Source of the DNA: an uncultured Gammaproteobacteria bacterium
GTDB taxonomy: Bacteria; Patescibacteriota; Microgenomatia; UBA10105; UBA927
DNA: 64,000 bases
Direction of reading: 5' to 3'
NCBI GenBank assembly: GCA_964609895.1
Contig: CAZSTG010000004.1
Location: forward strand, 16,288 to 80,287
The notes under the pieces are model-generated. The model made no database searches and was not told the DNA's origin. It saw nothing but the letters and a program-made list of their open reading frames with translations. The position numbers and the translations under genes were made by a program. Positions within the stretch are counted from its first letter, which is position 1. Every line of letters starts with the position of its first letter. Positions 57,941 through 64,000 of this stretch are shown here, one piece after another.

Positions 57941-59809
57941 TTATGTCTTTGGTTGTGAGGGAATTGTCTCTACAGTAAAAAGGGGCCGATTGTCTATTGT
58001 CGGTTGGACGTTGGTGTTTTGAGAAAGCTCTTTTTTCTTCTGCACATCCTGCGGTTTTGTTGTGGCAAGTGCATGTTCTTCCGGACTGGCAATAATCCGT
58101 ATTGCCGCATGAGCGGGGCCGGCAAACAAAAGCCCCTCGCCGATTTCAGAAGAAAGAAGCAGGTGTTTTTCTCCTTCGGAAAGGTAGAAAATTTCCGCCA
58201 CCCTGTCTATTGCCGCAGTGGACTGCTTGAGGAGTATCTGCATACTGCTGTTCTGAATAATAGTTTTGCCGAGGTCTCCGGCAAGAAAATCCTCCACATC
58301 TTGGGTGATGGTGGTGAGTCCAAGGTAATATTTTCTGCTTCGTTTTGCGATAGAATTTAGAAATTGCGCAGAGTCGGGGTATTTCATAAGATACCACGCT
58401 TCATCAACTACAAGAATTCTTCTTTTGATTGACCGTCTGATTTTTGTCCAGATAAAATCGAGAATGAGATACATTGCGGTTGGTCGAAGTTCATCTTCTA
58501 GATCGCGGATCGAGAAAACCGTAAGAGGATTGGTGATTTCCATATTTGATTGTTCGTCAAAGATGCCCACCAGACTTCCTTTGACAAACTTTTCTATTCT
58601 GTCCGCAAGTGTTTTTGCCGTTTGATCCTCCATGCCCACGAGAGTTTTATACAGGTCTTCCATAAGTGGAGGCTCTTTTGATTGTGTTGCAGGATCTGGG
58701 GTAATGCCCTTTTGTTTATATGTGAGTACAAGCGCCCGGTCAAGGGTTGCGTCTTCTGTCGGCGTGAGTTTTCCCATGACAACGCGGAAAAACCCATGCA
58801 GAGAAAGAATCTTCTGATTTAAGTCGTTTTCTTCCGATCCGCCGTCTTTTAAAGCCGCAAGATCGAATGGATTGATTTTTGTTTTTCCACGGAATTCAAA
58901 CCTGATGTATTCGCCTCCGAGGGTTTCGGTCAGCGCCTCATATTCATTTTCAGGATCAATAATGATAACCTCAGAGCCAAACATCATGCTTCTGATCACT
59001 TCAAGCTTCACCATGTAGGATTTTCCTGATCCGGACTTCCCAAACACAACAGTGTTTGCGTTTTCCAAAGTGAAACGGTCGAACACCACAAGACTTTCGT
59101 TGCCCTCGTTAATGCCATAAAGTATACCTTCGTTTGCGGTAAGCTCCGATGTGGTAAACGGAAAAGTGGTGGCAAGTGAGGTCGTGTCCATGTTTCTGGT
59201 TATCATAAGCCGATCTTGCCCCATAGGAAGCGTTGTTTTAAACCCCTCTTCCATCTGTAGAATTGCTTTTTTAGTGACGATCATTAAAGATGCAAGAGTC
59301 GCCTCAACCTGTTTGGTTGTTTTATCCAGATCTTCTTTTGTTTTGGATGGAATGGTGACATACAGCCCAAACTGAAAAAACCGCTGCGCGCCCTTTGCAA
59401 GTTCCTGTTGTAGTCCTAAGGCGTCTTCTAGTGCAACTTGCACAGAAGGTTCAATGACGCGTCCGCGTTTTAGATCTGACTGAATGGTTGCTTCCATCTC
59501 TCCGACTTTACGCTTCAGGTTTTCGAGAATTTCTTCGGATTTGGACGGATACACATACATGGAAACGTCCAGTGTGTGGTTGAATGAAATAAGTGGCTCA
59601 AGCCAGTTTGCGCTGACATATCTCGGGTATCCTGCAACAAACAGCGTTCTCACCATCTGTTCACCGATGGTGAGAAAGTCAAAATCTACCTCTACTGCCG
59701 GCGGCGCGACGATATCTTTTGTTGTGAGTGGACCTGTCGGCGTCGGACCGCTGAGTAGGCTGGGCGGCTGCATGGTAATAAATGTCTTGATGGTGTTTTT
59801 GATATTCAT
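57941..59809 (-). CDS. VirB4/TraC-like ATPase
   Basis: FPFTTSEL, GILYGIN, GKSGSGKS, IIDPENEY, VVDEAW, KRSRKY, ITQDVEDF. Confidence 0.9.
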   Translation of the reverse strand: MNIKNTIKTFITMQPPSLLSGPTPTGPLTTKDIVAPPAVEVDFDFLTIGEQMVRTLFVAGYPRYVSANWLEPLISFNHTLDVSMYVYPSKSEEILENLKRKVGEMEATIQSDLKRGRVIEPSVQVALEDALGLQQELAKGAQRFFQFGLYVTIPSKTKEDLDKTTKQVEATLASLMIVTKKAILQMEEGFKTTLPMGQDRLMITRNMDTTSLATTFPFTTSELTANEGILYGINEGNESLVVFDRFTLENANTVVFGKSGSGKSYMVKLEVIRSMMFGSEVIIIDPENEYEALTETLGGEYIRFEFRGKTKINPFDLAALKDGGSEENDLNQKILSLHGFFRVVMGKLTPTEDATLDRALVLTYKQKGITPDPATQSKEPPLMEDLYKTLVGMEDQTAKTLADRIEKFVKGSLVGIFDEQSNMEITNPLTVFSIRDLEDELRPTAMYLILDFIWTKIRRSIKRRILVVDEAWYLMKYPDSAQFLNSIAKRSRKYYLGLTTITQDVEDFLAGDLGKTIIQNSSMQILLKQSTAAIDRVAEIFYLSEGEKHLLLSSEIGEGLLFAGPAHAAIRIIASPEEHALATTKPQDVQKKKELSQNTNVQPTIDNRPLFTVETIPSQPKT

Positions 59810-60462
59810 GGGTTTTTTTGTATTGGGTCTGTCTTTGTTGTTGGTACGACAACTCCTGGATTATACAAGGAAAAAAACAACTGTATGATTTGGTCATTTG
59901 TTAATTGTTGCGCTTTCAAACCTATTTTGGATAAGAGGCGGATAAGATGGTCTCTTTTTGGAGAAAGTGCAATAAGCGCCCGTTCAAAGATATACGCTTT
60001 GGGATACGGAAGCCCGCTTGTTTTTGTCCCAAGAAGCACTTTTGACGAAACGCCAAGTTCCAGATTGGAAAATGGTACGACAATATAAAATTTTTTATCG
60101 AGAACCTCTTTTTCCTTGACTGTCTGTTCAATAAAGGCTCTGTATCCATGGATGCTTTTGGCAAGTTTTGGATTGGTTTGTTCCCGCTCCTTTTCTTCCA
60201 AAAGCCGAAGATACGCGCTCACGTCTTTGTGTTTGGATCTGATAAGAATTTGAATTGGAAAAGACAGGGAGTTGAGTAGGTTGGCATAGGAATAGATAAT
60301 AACTTCCTGCTCCTTTTCAGACAACAGGCTGAAGTTGACCGCGGACACGCTGATAATGAGCGCACAGGATCCATTGGAGAACAGAATGATATTCTGCGCA
60401 ACATCCTCAATCTCGGTAAACTGTTGAGTGGATGCTCTGATTGGTACCACAGAATTTGCCAT
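59806..60462 (-). CDS. TraC/VirB4 N-terminal-like accessory protein
   Basis: STQQFTEI, VNFSLLSEKEQE, LNSLSFPIQI, KFYIVVPF; overlaps the VirB4 start. Confidence 0.7.
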   Translation of the reverse strand: MANSVVPIRASTQQFTEIEDVAQNIILFSNGSCALIISVSAVNFSLLSEKEQEVIIYSYANLLNSLSFPIQILIRSKHKDVSAYLRLLEEKEREQTNPKLAKSIHGYRAFIEQTVKEKEVLDKKFYIVVPFSNLELGVSSKVLLGTKTSGLPYPKAYIFERALIALSPKRDHLIRLLSKIGLKAQQLTNDQIIQLFFSLYNPGVVVPTTKTDPIQKNP

Positions 60463-60463
60463 A

Positions 60464-61741
60464 TTATGTATTGGTTGTTTGTCCGAAAATTTGTTTTACC
60501 AGCACTTCGCGGTCAATATCCCGTTTGCTTTTTGCCACAATCTCAATTGCGGGAAGCACGGATCCATTCAGGGTGATTTGTGCGCGGTCAAATATATATC
60601 GTCCTCGGGGATCTTCAACCTCAATAAAAAATATGCCGTTTGGCAGTTGTGTTGAGGCGGCAAACTGCCCGATTTTGTTGGTTTTGAGCGCGCGGAGCGG
60701 TACCCCCTCTTTGTCGCGGACGGTTACGAGCACCCCTGGAAGGAGACCTCCTTGGTTGTCTTTGATAATGCCTGTGACCACGTTTGCAAACGTTGTGAGT
60801 CTGGGAAGCCCTGCGCGGGTTGCCGCATCGGGTGATATGATTTTTACCGTCGGCCCCGCGGGGGGTGGAGTTACTACTCCTGCGGGTTTTGCGGGCGCAA
60901 CCGGTTCTTTTAGTGTTGTTTTGGTTTTCATAGATATAATCCGCTCTTCCATTTCCTGTTTTTGTTTTTTGATTTCGCTGATTTCCTTTTGTAATTCTAA
61001 CACCCTGTCTTCAACATTGGTTTTTCCACTTAACTCGGTTTGTAGTTTAGATATCTGCTCCTGCAGTTTTTCAAGTTCAGGATTTTTTTCCGTTGCAATA
61101 ATAGGAGGCCGCATTCCCTGCGCCGTGGGAGGTGGTGTTGTCTGTGCAGCCGGCGGATTCATGCGCACGGCGTCAGCAACACGAGCTGTGTTTATAACGG
61201 TTGCAGAAGGTTGAGGGTGTGGAGGTGGAAACAGCGTATCCACCCATGAAAACAGCGAATCAATCAACGATTTTTTGCGGGGCGCTGCGGATTGTGTATA
61301 AAATCCCTGCAGTGCCGCGGCTATCGGTTTTGCTGCACCCTGTTGAGTAGGGGTGGACGGTGTCGGTTGCGCAGCGTGTGGAACAACTGGGGCAGTAGCT
61401 ACCCCTGCAGATGTTGGAACAGGTGGGGGTGTTATGGGTTTTTGGGGGGTGGGTTGGGTTCTGTGCCAGACAAACTGTGTCGGCGCATACACGCTTTTTA
61501 AGAAAGACAGCACCCACACATCCATCGGGCGCTCTTCTATGGGGATAAAGGCAAACCCGATGCCGAGGAACGCAAAAATAACCGTAAGTGGCCATGTAAA
61601 AAAGAACGGAAGTGGAAGAATATAGGAAATGTAGGCAAGTATAGCTCCGCCCGCAAGGTATCCGAACTGTTTAATCGTCATGTCTCCGATTAAACGGAAC
61701 TGAAAAGTCGTGACATTTTGCGGGACAGGATGTTGTTCCAT
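60464..61741 (-). CDS. PrgI-family (VirB3-like) membrane protein with Pro-rich linker, coiled coil and C-terminal beta-sandwich
   Basis: MEQHPVPQNVTTFQFRLIGDMTIKQF, two TM, ERPMDVW, RALKTNKIGQF. Confidence 0.8.
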   Translation of the reverse strand: MEQHPVPQNVTTFQFRLIGDMTIKQFGYLAGGAILAYISYILPLPFFFTWPLTVIFAFLGIGFAFIPIEERPMDVWVLSFLKSVYAPTQFVWHRTQPTPQKPITPPPVPTSAGVATAPVVPHAAQPTPSTPTQQGAAKPIAAALQGFYTQSAAPRKKSLIDSLFSWVDTLFPPPHPQPSATVINTARVADAVRMNPPAAQTTPPPTAQGMRPPIIATEKNPELEKLQEQISKLQTELSGKTNVEDRVLELQKEISEIKKQKQEMEERIISMKTKTTLKEPVAPAKPAGVVTPPPAGPTVKIISPDAATRAGLPRLTTFANVVTGIIKDNQGGLLPGVLVTVRDKEGVPLRALKTNKIGQFAASTQLPNGIFFIEVEDPRGRYIFDRAQITLNGSVLPAIEIVAKSKRDIDREVLVKQIFGQTTNT

Positions 61742-61871
61742 AGAACTCTCTTTATTGTAAAGAACAATAAGCGGTCTTTCAAGGGGAAAAAGCGCGTTAG
61801 AATCGTGAAAACTTATTATTTTCATTTCACGAAACAAATCAAAACACTTTTTATTATGATATGATTACTTC

Positions 61872-64000
61872 ATGGACGCAGATTGCGTTGTTGTAGAGGT
61901 CAAAAACACGAGAGACAGCGAAGAAACTCCACTTGTCATGGAGCAGGTATTTGCTGCGATGGGCATGGGGAGTCGAACCAGTTTTTTAGACAAGCTATTC
62001 GGCGGCAAGACAAAAAAAACATGGCTGAGTTTTGAGATTGTTGCATACAAAAGCGCAATTCATTTTTATCTGGTGACTAAAAAACAGACACTTGCATATA
62101 TTGAAAGTCAGCTGACAGCGCAATATCCCAAGCTTGCGATTACTCCTGTAACGGACATGTTGCCGCATTTGTTTGAAACGACCCACGCAACAACACAGTT
62201 GGTGTTATCTAGTCCACAGTATTATCCATTAAAAACATATAAGGATGTCCGAGATATTGATTTACTTGCAAGCGTGCTTGGGTGTCTGGCAAAACTGACT
62301 GGGGATCAATCCGCGGCAATTCAGATTCGTGTCTCGCCTGCGGGTTCTGCATGGCAACAACAGGCATTTTCCATCGTTGCGCGAGGCATTCCGGATCCAA
62401 CGTCTACAATTCCGGGTAAAACGAAGAACCATCCGCACGCGAAGCTTATTGAAACTAAAACAAATCAGGTTGGATTTCAAACGGCAATCCGTATTGTTGC
62501 AACCGGAATTTCAGAAGAACAGGCAAACACAACACTTGCAACAATTGCGGGTACGTATGGCGTATTTAGTCTTGGCGAGGGAAACGCGCTTATTGTTGCC
62601 AAACCAACATTTTGGCAGAAGAAGAAACTAGAAACCGCAATTGTTGAACGCACCGGTGATGGTGCGCCGAAGAGTCATGTGTTCGGAGCGTCGGAATTGG
62701 CAACCCTGTGGCATCCGCCAGGGATTCTTCTTTCCGCAATCAGAAATATTTCTTGGGGAACAAAATTGACGGGAGAGGCGCCGGAAAATCTGCCGATTGC
62801 GACAGAAAATGAAGAAGAAAAAAAGAAAATCAACTTCTTTGCTAGAACAGAATTTAAAAATAAACCGACAACATTCGGGATAAAAAGCGACGACAGGAGA
62901 AAACATCTGTATGTGGTGGGAAAAACCGGCACGGGAAAATCAACCATGATTGCCAATATGGCAATCAACGATATGCGGAACGGCGAAGGTATGGCAGTGA
63001 TTGACCCCCACGGGGATTTGACGGATGCACTGTTGGATTTTATTCCCTCATTCAGGCTCAATGATGTGGCGTATCTTGATCCTGCAGACATAGTCCATCC
63101 GTTTCATCTGAATCCGTTAGAGCTTAACAATGTGGCACACAGGGAGCTGGTTGCTTCGGGCATTGTATCCATTTTTTATAAACTGTATCACTACTCATGG
63201 GGTCCGCGTCTGGAATATATTTTACGGAACTGTATTTTGACGCTTTTACATGTTCCAAACTCGACATTGTTGCAGGTTCCCGAGATACTGACAAATGACA
63301 GGTATCGGGAAAAGATTGTGTCGGGTCTTTCCGATCATGTGCTGAAAAACTTCTGGCTTAACGAGTTTAATAAAATGTCTCCGCAGATGCGAAGCGAATC
63401 CATTATGCCGATTTTAAACAAGGTGGGGCAGTTTTTATCTTCCCAAACTATCAGAAACATTGTCGGCAACCCGAAATCCACTATTGATCTTGAGGAGATG
63501 ATGAATAAAGGAAAAATAATTCTTGTTAATTTGTCACAGGGCAAACTTGGAGAGGACAACAGTGCACTTTTGGGCGCCATGATTATCACAAAAATTCAGC
63601 TAGCCGCGATGAATAGGGTGTATGAGCAGGAACAGACACGAAAAGATTTTTATTTGTATGTGGATGAGTTTCAGAATTTTGCAACGAATTCATTTATCAA
63701 GATTCTTTCCGAAGCGCGGAAATACCGTCTTAACTTGACGCTTGCCAATCAGTATATCGGGCAAATTGACGAAGATGTACAGAATGCAATTTTTGGGAAC
63801 GCAGGATCCATTATTTCGTTTTGTGTCGGTGCCACAGATGCGCGACCCCTAGCAAGGGAGTTCGGGCTCAAATACAAAGAAGAGGAATTGGTGCAACTTG
63901 GCAATTATCAAATCGTCTTAAAGCTTTCTATTGATAATCATACATCAAGCCCGTTTTCGGCAACCACCCTCCCACTTCCGAGAAGCCACAATCAAAGCAG
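61872..64000 (+). CDS. VirD4/TraD-like (DUF87/HerA-type) coupling ATPase, 3' end outside the window
   Basis: Not in the ORF track (no stop before the end). MDADCVVVEVK...; in-frame Walker A GKTGTGKS at 62919, IDPHGD, WGPRLEYIL, LYVDEFQNF, SEARKYRL. Confidence 0.88.
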   Translation, partial: MDADCVVVEVKNTRDSEETPLVMEQVFAAMGMGSRTSFLDKLFGGKTKKTWLSFEIVAYKSAIHFYLVTKKQTLAYIESQLTAQYPKLAITPVTDMLPHLFETTHATTQLVLSSPQYYPLKTYKDVRDIDLLASVLGCLAKLTGDQSAAIQIRVSPAGSAWQQQAFSIVARGIPDPTSTIPGKTKNHPHAKLIETKTNQVGFQTAIRIVATGISEEQANTTLATIAGTYGVFSLGEGNALIVAKPTFWQKKKLETAIVERTGDGAPKSHVFGASELATLWHPPGILLSAIRNISWGTKLTGEAPENLPIATENEEEKKKINFFARTEFKNKPTTFGIKSDDRRKHLYVVGKTGTGKSTMIANMAINDMRNGEGMAVIDPHGDLTDALLDFIPSFRLNDVAYLDPADIVHPFHLNPLELNNVAHRELVASGIVSIFYKLYHYSWGPRLEYILRNCILTLLHVPNSTLLQVPEILTNDRYREKIVSGLSDHVLKNFWLNEFNKMSPQMRSESIMPILNKVGQFLSSQTIRNIVGNPKSTIDLEEMMNKGKIILVNLSQGKLGEDNSALLGAMIITKIQLAAMNRVYEQEQTRKDFYLYVDEFQNFATNSFIKILSEARKYRLNLTLANQYIGQIDEDVQNAIFGNAGSIISFCVGATDARPLAREFGLKYKEEELVQLGNYQIVLKLSIDNHTSSPFSATTLPLPRSHNQS

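Noticed and set aside
1-64000. CRISPR array, rRNA, IS/transposase, prophage, introns/inteins, alternative genetic code
   Set aside because: No regularly spaced repeats or hallmark genes were seen by eye; conserved ORFs are intact with TGA used as stop and the tRNA-Trp anticodon is CCA.

Overview
A 64 kb chromosomal window from a reduced-genome bacterium. Gene content suggests Patescibacteria/CPR, probably Microgenomates (DUF4012, DUF5652/DUF5654-type proteins, ATP-dependent ligase, archaeal-type PyrH, PrgI/VirB4/VirD4-like cluster); this placement is inference. It uses the standard code 11. Layout: (i) 0.5-22 kb housekeeping genes (ligase, Fic, recF, rpmH-rnpA-yidD-yidC-jag, rnhA, rplY, nth, epmA-efp, valS, Xer-like recombinase). 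(ii) 22.4-26 kb is RNA-rich: two divergent CAT-anticodon tRNAs with a structured unannotated RNA between them, then a T-box-type attenuator whose first downstream gene is tRNA-Trp, followed by trpB2 and a trpS fused to a Trbp111-like domain. (iii) 26-52 kb is mostly surface-glycan genes, interrupted by ftsH, a 5'-3' exonuclease and pyrH. (iv) dnaA-oriC-dnaN, with clear DnaA boxes and DnaA-trios. (v) A T4SS-like cluster runs off the right end. The best candidate for an unusual system is the T-box > tRNA-Trp > TrpB2 > TrpRS-OB unit. No CRISPR array, rRNA, IS element or prophage was seen. All calls come from reading the sequence by eye; no database search was run.
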